A stretch of DNA of 32,000 bases, from the NCBI GenBank assembly GCA_965227835.1, contig OZ245768.1, positions 570,001 to 602,000 on the forward strand, written 5' to 3'. Shown here in pieces: positions 19,822-30,945 of this stretch. Under the pieces are notes generated by a model. The model was not told the origin of the DNA. It saw only the letters and a list, made by a program, of their open reading frames with translations, and did no database searches. Every line of letters begins with the position of its first letter. Positions within the stretch are counted from its first letter, which is position 1. The translations under genes and the position numbers were made by a program. Origin of the DNA: Candidatus Saccharimonadota bacterium. Lineage in GTDB: Bacteria > Patescibacteriota > Gracilibacteria > BD1-5 > UBA6164.

Positions 19822-20124
19822 CTAATCTCCTTGTTTTAATACCTTCCATTTTTCAATTTCAGTCTTCTTTTTATGTTTTTGATGAAGAATAAATCCAAAA
19901 GCAAGAAACACAATAAGACCTACAGCAAAAATAGAGTTTAACACAGTACCTGCATTATAATCTATAAGCGATCCTATAAGCGAAAGAAAAAAACCTGCAG
20001 AAATAAGAAAGCATAAATTGAATATATAATATAAAGGTTTTCCTGATGCTAGTATAATTAAAACGATAAAAATTCCAACGACACCAAGACCAACAAAAAT
20101 AAGAATATCAGAGAAATTTTCCAT
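19822..20124 (-). CDS. small multi-pass membrane protein, MENF family copy 2 (100 aa)
   Basis: MENFSDILIFVGLGVVGIFIVLII.. ends ..LKQGD. Same N- and C-terminal signature and the same translation-initiation region as copy 1. Confidence 0.6.
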   Translation of the reverse strand: MENFSDILIFVGLGVVGIFIVLIILASGKPLYYIFNLCFLISAGFFLSLIGSLIDYNAGTVLNSIFAVGLIVFLAFGFILHQKHKKKTEIEKWKVLKQGD

Positions 20125-20634
20125 GATCTAAAAACTCCTTTAAAAAATTTGTAGTTTCAAAAAGTTACATACTTAAATAGATATTTATAAAAACACTAGT
20201 AAGTAGTAATTTTTTGTATTTATCTTTAATCTTGTATCAACAAATAATTCCAAAAAGGGAAAAATAAAAACAAGAGAAAGTCATTATACAAAAAAAATAA
20301 ATATTTAAACTTATTTTTTGATATTATAAGAAAAAATAATTATATGTAAAGGTATTTTTATGTTAGATAATTAACTGTCCCAGTAGATAGGTAAAACTAT
20401 TTATTAAGAAGAAACTGAGAAATTACTTCGTTAAAATAAAAATAAAGATTTTTATTTTTAGTAGGCAGAGAACTTTATCTCTTTGATTTTATATCTTCTT
20501 CAACAGATGGCTTTAGCCATTTGCTATTTTAGAAAATTTCTATTTTCTTGTTATCCACTATCTATATAGTAAAACAATTTGCATGCTAATTTACTATATA
20601 AAAAAATATATAGAAATATGACTTGAATAAAAAA

Positions 20635-20652
20635 AGAGTATTTAAATACTCT
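20635..20652. terminator. bidirectional terminator downstream of the large surface-protein gene
   Basis: agagtattt/aaatactct palindrome, flanked by aaaaa on the left and tttttttt on the right. Confidence 0.65.
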
Positions 20653-20688
20653 TTTTTTTCAATTATGAATAATAATAAAACTAATTTC

Positions 20689-23600
20689 CTATTTTGAAAA
20701 AAGTTTAGGAGGATCATTTTGAATATTAGAATCATATGTAATTACAAAAGAATAATCATTGCTACTATCATCATCACAAGTCTTTGTAACCTTTCTTATA
20801 TAATTTAAATCATAGATTTCTGCTAAACCATAATATCCTGTAGTCTGTCATCAAGGTAAACTATACTCACTACTACCCTTCACTGCCCCACCTATAGTAT
20901 TTCTAGTAAACAAAGCCCCATTAAATTCTAGCTTAGTTCACAATTCATTATCTCAGTAAGAATTTCAAGAACTATCTGCACTTCTAAAAGCTCAATCAGC
21001 ATAAATTAAAGCATTTATTTCAGAAACACTGTTAGAAATATATATGTTTCAAACATTATTATAATCAGATGAAACATTATAATTATCTTTTAAAACTATT
21101 ATTCAAAGCTTTTTTGAAGAAGTATTTAAATCTCATGTTATTATTACATTTCAATTTTTTACAACCAAAGTTTCATAGTCTTGATCTCAAGAAATAGATA
21201 TATCTCATTCTACATACTTAACTCAATTAACAACAGTGTTTGGAGCTCTATTTTTTATGGAAATAAAGGCATTTTTTCTTATATTAGACCTAAGTTCAGC
21301 CTTGGATAAATCTGAAAAATTAGAATCTTGTCCAGTAATATCTCATTTTCAATCTCATTGTAAATTTCAATAAACTTTTAATCACAGAGTTTCAAAACTA
21401 CACTCTCAACCTTCCCACTCAAAATCATCTAAAAGATATTTTATATTCTTTCCTCAAAAAATGTAAGAAATCTCTAAATTTTCAGATTTTATTTTTGGAG
21501 ATTCTAGCACATTATCATTAGCATCTATTTTTCAAATAAATGATGTAGTATTTGTAGATAGATTATTTCAAAAATATCTATCTACAGAAGAAATTCATCC
21601 GTTCCAAAAATGTCAGCTAATACTAGGTTTTATAGTACTTGTAGATATTGATAAATTTCAATTCGAATATGAACTAATACTGCCCTCATTATAAAGTACA
21701 ATTCTATAATTCTGTTCTTTTCAAATTTCAGGAACTTCACTTAAATCTATAAGCTCAAAGCCTCAAACTATAGGTTTCTTAAAAGAATTTGTATCTGATA
21801 TATTTTTAGTAATAGTTTGTTTTTCAGAAATATTCTCGTAATCATCTCACCATTTATCCATACTTATTTCAAAAGATTGATTAAAAGAATTAAGTGGATA
21901 AATAGACTTAAGGTAAAAATCAATATTTCAATTAGAGCTAGATTCTCATTGAAGAATTTCTTTTAAATAATCTTTATCATTATCTTTATTAGTAACAGAA
22001 TCAAGAAATTTTCCAAATATAGGATTTCAAAATTCATCTTTTAGCTTCAATGTATAAGTATAATAATCACTATTATTAGCATAGATGTCTCAATTTGAAG
22101 AAACTGAAATTTCAGATTCACTTTCAGATAAATCTCAAGGATAAACTGTAATTTCTTTTATATGTTCCTTACTATTTCAAAGAGCATCTTCAGTTACAAC
22201 TTTGATTTCATAATTTCATGATTCTTTAAAAGAGTTTGATAAAATAGAAGTTAAATCAATTTTTTCTGTCAATCTTGATACATTAGAAATATTAGTATCA
22301 GCTATTTTTTCTTCAAAATTTCATGAGTCTTTTTTTAGCGAAACACTATATTTTATAGAAGCTATATCACTACAACCTCAAGGAAAAATCTCATTTATAC
22401 CAATTTCAAAAGGTTTATTATCTGTAGCTTTTATAGAGGTTAAATCTGGAAATATCACATTGGGAGCAGTTCTATCAATATGATCCATAGTACCTTCATA
22501 AGAATATTGATTACCTGCATTATCACTAGCTGTTAGACTAAATTTTTGACCGTTATTTGATTCATCATTAAAGGTTTTAGTTTCTGAGACATAATTATTA
22601 CAACCAGAAAAATCATCCCAAGAACATATAGCCCTTACAGTTATACTCCTAGAACAAACTAAATTTTGGATTTCACTGACTATAACAGGTCTTATATTAA
22701 ATTTATCATTATCACTTCATAAACTAAATTCTATGAGTTCCTCAGTTAAGTTTCAATCTAAATCAATTTCAGGTATTTCTAAACTAAATTTTTGAGAATA
22801 ATTTCAAGGTTCACTAAAGCTAAAGCTAAAACTAAAATAAGATTTTCATTCATTATCAACATCACTTTTAATTCAGCTATTTTCTCAATTAAATACTAAA
22901 TTAGAAGAATTATTATTTACAGTTATTCAGTAAGTTCAATCCCCATAGCTATTTCATTTAGAATCTTTTAGATATATTTTAGCTTCAATAATATCATTTG
23001 GATAAAATAGAGTTCAATTACTATAGTTTATAAATTCTATTATAGATTCACTTTTTACTGGGTCTCAAGTTTTAGACTCCACAGGAGTAGAATTAAATTT
23101 TTCTTCAAGTTTATTTAAAGAAATATTATCTGATTCATGATCTATATCGTTTTCAAAAGTAAAATAAAAATAAAGTTGTCATATTTCGTTTGCTTGTACA
23201 TTTTCTTCAATTGAAATCTCAAGAAGCTTTTGTGAATTTATTTTTATTTCTTTTACTGATCAATTTTCTTCTCTATTAGTTTGATTTAAATCTTTATCAA
23301 TAGACACTGTATCATTTAAATATAATATTTTCTCAGATTCTTCTCAAGAATCAGTCATATATGTATATTCTATTTTATAATTAAAAGTCTGTTCTCTACA
23401 TTCTTGATTAGGTTTATTTACCAGAATTTTTGAATTTAAAGTTAGAGGTTCTCATATTTTCAAACTACTTTTATTATATGATAGAGAGTCAGATTGTACT
23501 TTATATTGATTAGCTCATTTAGTATCTGTTTTTTCTCATTTAAGTATTTTATAAGTTCATGTTACATTTAAAAATCAAGAATAAGTCTCAAGACAACTAT

Positions 23601-24192
23601 CACTAGAACATATATTTTTCAAACTATATGAATGTTTATCTTCTTCATATTTATATGAAGTGAGATTGGTAACTATATCTCAAAGAGCTAAATCTATATC
23701 AATTTCTTGAATACTACTTAGTATTTTATTATAGTTTTTGAAAAAATATTCTATTCAATTACTATAATCTACATAGGAAGAAACAGAATCTTCTTTAATT
23801 CTAAAACTCTGGTTATATTCAAATAAACTAAAAAGTTTAAAATTCTTTGAGTAGCATTCACTACTATTTTCTCATTCACAAAATCAGTTAATTTGAAAAG
23901 ACTTTTCATCATACGGATCGTATATATCTAATACATTATTACGAAGTTCTTCAGTTATCCATGAATCAAAATTTTCTATATCTAAAATTTTCCCATTTTC
24001 TATAATACCAAATTCATCTTCCAGTCAGACATAATCACTTTTAGTTGAAATACATTCTTCATCAACACATTTATTTTTAACAAAAACAGGTTTTTCACAG
24101 CTCATTTGTATAGCAAAAGTACTATTTGAGAAGATAAAAAATATGTTTAGAAATAAACATAAACTAAGAATAAATTTAAATATTTTTTCCAT
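20689..24192 (-). CDS. large secreted/cell-surface protein (1167 aa)
   Basis: ATG 24192-24190, TAG 20691-20689; all 59 lines checked, no in-frame TAA/TAG. Signal peptide MEKIFKFILSLCLFLNIFFIFSNSTFA. Asn/Ser/Asp-rich beta-type repeats with many TGA glycines. No catalytic motif recognised. Confidence 0.8.
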
Positions 24193-24343
24193 AAAAAAAT
24201 TATAAAATAATAAGTTAAATCATTATTATTTTATCATTTCATTAAAATAAGTGCAAGAAATTGAAGATAAAATTAAGAAATTTATAGTTAAAAAAATATT
24301 ATTTTTTAAATAACCTGAATTTTTTCAGAGATTTACTGGTTAA

Positions 24344-24363
24344 CAAGAGGTCAAGACCACTTG
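24344..24363. repeat. palindromic element copy (caagaggtcaagaccacttg)
   Basis: Matches the murC-internal palindrome 18464-18483 (caaggggtcaagaccccttg), including the flank ..tgtcttagt. Confidence 0.8.
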
Positions 24364-24524
24364 TCTTAGTAATTATTAAAATAGAGTTTATAAATAACAT
24401 GTTTTACCTACTTCCTATATTTATTATTATACTTTATATTTTATTTATTTTGGTAATCTATAAACTTTAGGTTTAAATATACTTGAATTATATTAAAGAT
24501 GATATATTAGAAGAATTTAAAAGA

Positions 24525-24544
24525 CAAGGGGTCTTGACTCCTTG
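24525..24544. repeat. palindromic element copy, inverted orientation (caaggggtcttgactccttg)
   Basis: The reverse complement atgcaaggagtcaagaccccttgtctt matches 18461-18487 at about 27 of 29 positions by eye. Followed by degenerate short tandem repeats (cttgaa units, 24578-24616). Confidence 0.8.
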
Positions 24545-24650
24545 CATTTTGAACCATTGAATAATAACAGTTTGCATCTTGAATTTTTGAACTCTTGAAC
24601 TCTTGAAACCTTGAACATTAAAAATATATTTATTAAAACATAATATATAA

Positions 24651-24812
24651 TTAATTTTCAAGCAGATTTTGAGCCTTCAAAACTCTTTTTCTAATAGAAT
24701 TTCTTATAAACTCAGATCTTTTCCTAGAGTCATATAAAGGCCTATACCTGTTTCTTTTATTCTTATATTCTCTTCTTTCTCACTTAGTGTTATACTTTAT
24801 TTGAAGTTTCAT
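24651..24812 (-). CDS. possible small highly basic protein (53 aa)
   Basis: ATG 24812-24810, TAA 24653-24651. MKLQIKYNTKGERREYKNKRNRYRPLYDSRKRSEFIRNSIRKRVLKAQNLLEN. Starts 24 nt after the upstream stop. No family recognised. Confidence 0.3.
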
Positions 24813-24835
24813 AAACTATAAAATTTAATATGTAT

Positions 24836-25309
24836 TTAGCCTTCTAAATCTGTAACTTGTTCTACTTCCCCTTCTGGCCTTACAGAGTCCACTTCTTTAA
24901 CAGTACAAGTTTCAGTTCAATAATCAAAATCTGTAGAATGTCTTCCACTAGAAGGATGTTTTTTATCAGCATTCTTACCTTCTTCGTCTAAAGAAGAACT
25001 ATCTGCATATTTTGCAGCTGTATTATCAGAAGCTGTACTTCATTCTATTTCTTTTTCATAACCTTCTTCACAAGCAGTTCTAGTATGATAATATCAAACT
25101 TGTGTTACTCTAGTTCATTCACAAGTTCTAAAACCATCTTCATCCCATTCACTACAAGTAGATCTATCTACTTCACAACTTCTACTAACATCTTTCACAC
25201 ATATATAATCAGGATTAGCATTTGTAGGATTAACTACAAAAAAGAAATAAGCAAAAACTATTCAAACAAGTAAAACAATGGATCAAACTATATATTTAAT
25301 ATTTTTCAT
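24836..25309 (-). CDS. small Cys-rich secreted or membrane-anchored protein (157 aa)
   Basis: ATG 25309-25307, TAA 24838-24836, frame verified. N-terminal hydrophobic segment IVGSIVLLVGIVFAYFFFVV, then 8 Cys (CVKDVSRSCEVDRSTCSEWDEDGFRTCEG..). Confidence 0.65.
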
Positions 25310-25367
25310 AATTAAAAGTAATTAATATTTAAAATAACAAAAGTAAATATAACAAGTATATTTAAAA

Positions 25368-26942
25368 TTACAAATCATTTATAGAATAAAATCTGGTTTC
25401 TATAAGACCATCAACTGTCAGTACTTTTGCAGGTATCGCTTCCCAAACTCATTTATTTCTATCAAGAGCCCACCAAGCAGGCCATCTAAGGAAATTATTT
25501 TGAGTCAGAAAGTCAAAATCAATAGGGTATCATCATTGCTTTTTAGAATATTCAACTAAAAACTCCATATCATCTTTTGTAAGTGCTTCATATATACCAT
25601 CATAGTTATCATATAGTTCTTGCATATGATAAATATTATTTTGTAAAATCATAGGGTCAGATTTATAAACAAAAAGCTCTTTTCTAGTATCGTTATCAAA
25701 AAATTGAATATATGGCATTCAAAAAGTCTTCATCAGGTTTCATACATATCAAAAAACAGGACTAAATGTATCAGAATTTGTTAAATCATCTATTTTATCA
25801 GATTTTTTAAATTCATACATATAAACATTTAGGTTGTTTCATTCCCATTTTTCTCAGTTAGCATAATAAAGTCAATCTGTTGGAACTAAATATTTTGATT
25901 GAGAAGTCTCAAAAACAAAATAATCTCTATCTCTAATTTTTTTCAAATTATTAGCTTCATTTTTAATTACTTCTTCAGAATAATGAGCTTTGGTTAAGTT
26001 AAAATTAAGTTTATCTCTTCTTTCCCAACTACCATTTGAATTATTGAAACTAATAGTTTTATATCAATCAGAATAACCTCTTTTAGATGATTTAAATCTA
26101 AGATGAGAAAATGGATAATATTCCATTTCTATTTTATATTCCCCTTTGGAGTTTGATATAGTAAAGTTTTTAGGATTGTTTAAGAGGACAACTTTGGCAC
26201 CGAAAACTGGTTTATCATTTTCATCAAGTATTTTTCAATAAATCTTTATTTTATTTCTTTTATCACAGGTTATTTTGTTTTCTAAGCAAGTTTTCTCTCT
26301 GTTTTGGTTTGCTTTCCTATAATCTCATTTTAAATCATATATATATGAAATAAATTCTTTTTTCTCAATAGACTTATTAGGGATTTTTTCTAGCTCTTCT
26401 ACTGTCTCATCTATATTTCTCTTTTTAGTAAAAATTTCATTTAGGATGTATGTATCATTATGACCTATGTCTCATTCAAAAATTACCTTACTTTTAGAAT
26501 CACTTTTATAACCTCAAACTATGCAATTTTTTTTATATGATTTATAAATATCCTCTATGGCTTCGTTTTTATAATCTTTATTTTTGAAAAATCATTTTCT
26601 TATAAAATCATGATAATATGGATTGTAAACAACTTTTCAATCCGTTTTTTCGGTGCAAGTAACAAAATCGTTTTTAGAAATATCCAAAGTTAAACCAGAT
26701 AAAGTCTCTGTATCTTCTAAAAAGTCTTCTATTTTTTCATAATCATTTGGGTTGATTCAAAGATCTTTATATTTATCTTCCTGTTCTTCTATATCTTTAT
26801 CTGTTTCTTGAACTTGATTATTTGTTTCAATTTCTCATTCTTTTAAATTCAAGCTACTTGATAAGAAATATTTATAAAATATAAATGCTCCTAGAATTAT
26901 TAAAAGAGCTAAAAGTGTTCTTATTATAGATTTTTTATTCAT
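25368..26942 (-). CDS. secreted/anchored protein with a carboxypeptidase-regulatory-like beta-sandwich segment (524 aa)
   Basis: ATG 26942-26940, TAA 25370-25368. Signal/anchor MNKKSIIRTLLALLIILGAFIFY. IYGKILDENDKPVFGAKVVLLNNPKNFTISNSKGEYKIE resembles CarboxypepD_reg. Includes the ORF-track fragment 25533-25718 in the same frame. Confidence 0.7.
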
Positions 26943-27058
26943 ATTTTTTAGAAAAAATTATTTAAAATTTTAGCTTTAATATATGTTTTGAAGAATGAAA
27001 ATCAAAAAAAAATAGCTTTACAAGTAAGTAAAACTATTAAATATAGACTGTAGAATTT

Positions 27059-27490
27059 TTATTCATGACTTTCAGAGAAAAATGCATCTCTAAGACCTTT
27101 TCATCATGCAAATGTATATTTTGAATCAGATGACCAAGTTATAAATACAGAGTTTTGTTCTTTAGATATACCTAATTCTTCAGATGAATAACTCTTAGTA
27201 GTTTTATCCATAATATAAGAACCTTCGGTTCATCATGTAGAGTCCACTACAGAAATATATCATTGTTCTCATACTTCTTCAGGATTAAGGGGGCAATCTC
27301 AAATATCAGAAGAATTATAATGATTTATACTAAATTTATCTCTATCCAAGCAATCCAAAACTCTATCTAAAAATTCTCTAGAACCTTTAACTCAAATATT
27401 TACAGATCATCATTTATTAAGATCTAAAAGAGTAAATATTCTTGCTTCAGCCTCCTTTGGGTCAAAATTAGGACCAGTTAATTCATTCAT
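27059..27490 (-). CDS. hypothetical cytoplasmic protein (143 aa)
   Basis: ATG 27490-27488, TAA 27061-27059. MNELTGPNFDPKEAEARIFTLLDLNKGGSVNIGVKGSREFLDRV... No motif recognised. Confidence 0.55.
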
Positions 27491-27554
27491 AATTATTAAA
27501 ATTAAAAAAATAAAATCATTTAAACGAACAAAACCAATTATAATGATAAATTAT

Positions 27555-28940
27555 TTAATGTCAAATAAATTTAGTTTTATCTTTCATATTTTTCGCAAGT
27601 ATACTGACAAAAAACCTTGATATAAACATAGCACTAAAAAGAGAAACTATTATTCATATTCAAAGCATTAAACCAAAACCTTTGATTATGTTTATTCAAA
27701 ATATATAAAGTATCATAGCAACTATAAAACCTGTTAGATTACTATCCCAAATAGCACTCCAAGATTTTTTAAATCAAATTCTAGTAGCATCCTGCATATT
27801 TTTTCATGTTTTTAACTCTTCTCTTATCTTTTCAAAAATTAAAATATTAGCATCTATAGCTATTCCCAAAGAAAGTATCAATCAAGCTATAGAAGCAAGT
27901 GTTAAAATAATTCCACTTGCTTTTACTATGGCAAGTATTATCAAAACATAGGTAAATAAAGCAAAAGATGATATAAGCCCAGAAAATCTATATGTATAGA
28001 TTAAAAACAAAAAAATTAATATAAATCAAGTTATTCAAGCAATTATAAGTTCAATCAAACTATTACTACCAAGTTTGGAATCAATAGATCTTTCACTTGT
28101 TAAATAAATAGGGGCTGGTACAACTCAAGTGTTAATATTATTAGATAGTTCTCTTGCTTCTTCTACTGTATAATTTCAAGTAACTTGTGCCTTTCATCAC
28201 AAAATAGGTTCATTGACAACAGGATCAGTTAAAAGTTCTCATCATACAAAAATTGCCATCCTTTCTCATACCAATCTACTAGATAAATCACCAAAAATAA
28301 GTCTTCACTCTTCGTTAAAAACAAGCTCTATCATAGGTTCTCTAGTAGCTGAATTAAACTGAACTGTAGATTTTACAAAGTATTTTTCATCAAGTTCATA
28401 CAAATTTCAATCAGATCATTTTCATTTAGCAGGAACCCATACATCTTCAGTTAAACTGTTATTAAAATCAGAGTTATCTTGAATACCAGAATCAGATAAA
28501 AAATTGGATTCTATCTGTTTGAATTTTATTCTTACTACTTTTCAAATAGCTTCCTTTGCCTTTTTTATATTCTCTTTATCTTCCAAAAAACTATTTCATT
28601 TCAAAGGAATTTGAACAATTATATGTTTTTCTCAAGCATAATCCGAACTTAATATTACAGAATCGTTGATATTTAAGCTTTCAATTCTTTTATCAATTAT
28701 GGTTTTTAATCATTCAATTATTTCTCTTTCTTTCTCTCTATTATAATCTTTTTCAAGTTTTGCTTCACTAAGATCTACTTTGTAATCAAGTTCTATTCAT
28801 CATTGTAAATCAAGTCCAAGTCTATAGTCTTTTCAAGAAAAAGGAACATCTATGTTATATGTATTCCAAGGAAAAGCATAGTAAAATAAAATAGATCCTG
28901 AAATCAAAAGTAAAAACAATCTGTAAACTAGTATTTTCAT
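27555..28940 (-). CDS. secD: protein translocase subunit SecD (461 aa)
   Basis: ATG 28940-28938, TAA 27557-27555. ..YRLGLDLQGGIELDYKVD (SecD signature; the GG is TGA TGA at 28797-28802), C-terminal TM bundle ..SLGIAIDANILIFEKIREEL.. and ..GFGLMLGIGIIVSLFSAMFISR... Confidence 0.88.
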
Positions 28941-29011
28941 ATATTATTTTGATTTATAAATTTTTTTGAAAAAGAGTATATGAATTTTTAATAAATATCA
29001 AAAAAAGAAAA

Positions 29012-29035
29012 AGAGGACACTTTAAGGTGTCCTCT
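29012..29035 (-). terminator. intrinsic terminator after the small membrane-protein operon
   Basis: agaggacac-tttaag-gtgtcctct, followed on the minus strand by tttttcttttttt. Confidence 0.7.
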
Positions 29036-29057
29036 TTTAATCTACTCAAATAAACAA

Positions 29058-29342
29058 TTAAGAAAAGCAAAGCTCAGAATCACTTGAATTAGACTCAAGC
29101 TTTTTCTTGTATTTTAAATATTGTTTATAGTTTCTCCTCTTTTTATATGGTAGGTGATTTTGAGATTCAAAATCACCTGTAGATTGTATATATGTCCAAT
29201 ATCCTTGAAACTCTATACGATTTTTATCTTGAGTATATTCTTTAATCTTAGAACAAAGAAATGAAATCCCATAGAGAACAATGAATGGAAAAAAGGCAAT
29301 GGCAATAACAAAACCTAAACCATAAAAATCAAAATTATACAT
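29058..29342 (-). CDS. small membrane-anchored protein, MENF-like initiation region (94 aa)
   Basis: Standard ORF with a TAA stop. MYNFDFYGLGFVIAIAFFPFIVLYGISFL.. followed by a basic tail. Upstream aaaggagttttagatt-ATG is nearly identical to the MENF genes. Confidence 0.55.
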   Translation of the reverse strand: MYNFDFYGLGFVIAIAFFPFIVLYGISFLCSKIKEYTQDKNRIEFQGYWTYIQSTGDFESQNHLPYKKRRNYKQYLKYKKKLESNSSDSELCFS

Positions 29343-29371
29343 AATCTAAAACTCCTTTTTTAAAAAATTCT

Positions 29372-29560
29372 TTAAGTTTTTACAATCTTCCAAGGATTTC
29401 TACTGTAAAAGTTATCCGAGAATAACACAAATAAAGCAGAAATAAGAACAAAGAAAAAAAATATTGATAAACCCAAAGATAAATTTGAATCTAAAACAAA
29501 GGGGAAATTAAAACCCAAAGCAAAAGAAACAGACTCTATTATAAGGAAAATAAATCCCAA
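29372..29560 (-). CDS. small membrane protein; the annotated frame lacks an ATG/RBS (possible homopolymer frameshift)
   Basis: The ORF-track frame begins at a TTG with no Shine-Dalgarno. A strong ggaggg RBS plus ATG (29588-29586) sits one frame off, separated by a 9-nt T tract (29577-29585 on + as A9). Confidence 0.4.
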   Translation of the reverse strand: MGFIFLIIESVSFALGFNFPFVLDSNLSLGLSIFFFFVLISALFVLFSDNFYSRNPWKIVKT

Positions 29561-29651
29561 AATAGAAAAGATTATTAAAAAAAAACATATTTTTATTCCC
29601 TCCTTTTAAAATAATATAAAATAGTGTGATTTTTTTCCCAAAGTAAGAAAT

Positions 29652-30806
29652 GAAGTGCAATTAAAAGAGAAGAAAATATAGTATTCCCCGTAGGGTAATA
29701 ACATTATTTTCTAATATAATAAGATATGTACTGACAATTAATATTCCAAGAGAGAGAAAGTATTGAATTTCATTTAAATAAATGATTAAAGAAAAAAGAT
29801 ATAGCATCAATACTAAAAAGATCAGAATCAACAATAAGCAGAGAGATATACAGAAATTCAGTAAAAAAACGATGAAACAATAAAAAAGTATATTTAGCAC
29901 TAGAAGCAGAAATCAAATCATATCAAAGACGATGGTTAACAAAAACTCAATCAATGAAGATAAATATGAATACTAATATGAAAAATTTCATAATAGAACA
30001 ACTATCAATAACAGAAATACAAATGTCCCCAAAAACAATTGCTAAGAAACGGAATAATACTCAAACAGATAAAAAGAAACATATCTCCCATACAAGTATA
30101 TATTCTTGGCTAGAAACTGGTATGTGAAATAAATATAAAGAACTATTATTATATAAACATAAAGGTTATAGAAAGAAAAAACAACAAACAGAAAGAGTGA
30201 AAATTAAAAATAGAGTTAGTATTAAAAATAGACCTGAAACAATAAATAACAGAGAAGAAAAATGACATATTGAAGCTGATTTAATTGTTTCTAAAAAATG
30301 ATTTAAATGAGCTATACTTACATTGGTTGATAGAAAGACTAGGTTACCTAAAATTTTTAAAATAAAAGATAAATCAAGTGAAAATATAATTAATCTAATA
30401 GCTTGAGTTAAAGATGATATATGAATTAAATCTGTTACTTTTGATAATTGAATGGAATTTGCTAAGCATTATTTATTAAATGATATATGAATAGATACTT
30501 ACTTTTGTGAGCCTTATTCTTCTTGGCAGAAGTGAAGTATTGAGAATTTAAATAGGATTATCAGGAGATTTTTTCCTAAATGAACTATATTTGATTATGT
30601 AAGTGATGAAAAAATAAAAAGTATTTGCGATATATTAGCAAATACTCCTAGAGAAATACTTTGATTTATTTCCCCTAATCAAGCACACTTTTCACAATCT
30701 TAATGTTGTATTTGGAATTATAACAAAATTTTTTATAATCTCAAAAATAAAAAATTTCTTAATGCTATATTTTCTTCTTTAAGTTCATTTAAAAAATTGC
30801 ACTTCG
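29652..30806 (+). mobile_element. IS30-family insertion sequence, apparently intact (~1.15 kb)
   Basis: Single transposase ORF flanked by imperfect inverted repeats. Left: gaagtgcaatt..agaagaaaatatag (29652-29681). Right reverse complement: gaagtgcaatt..agaagaaaatatag (30806 back to ~30766). No clear target duplication seen. Confidence 0.75.
29726..30703 (+). CDS. IS30-family DDE transposase (325 aa)
   Basis: ATG 29726, TAA 30701-30703. N-terminal HTH LIFQERESIEFHLNKGLKKKDIASILKRSESTISREIYRNS. DDE core ..GHIEADLIVSKKG.., ..SVTFDNGMEFAKH.., ..PYSSWQKGSIENLNRIIRRFFPKGT... Confidence 0.9.
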
Positions 30807-30945
30807 GGGTTTAATTCAGGTTTTAATAAGTTTACTTAGTATAATAAAATTTTAATGTTTTGTCAAAAAAAATTAAAGTTTGACATATATAACAAATTTA
30901 TTAATGTCCAAACAAATTAAAAAAATAATACATATTTAAAAATAG

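Noticed and set aside
29661-29900. 79-aa hydrophobic ORF on the minus strand
   Set aside because: It is antisense to the N-terminal HTH region of the IS30-family transposase, which has clear family motifs. It starts at GTG without an RBS. Its Leu/Ile/Phe-rich composition is what the antisense of AT-rich coding DNA gives.
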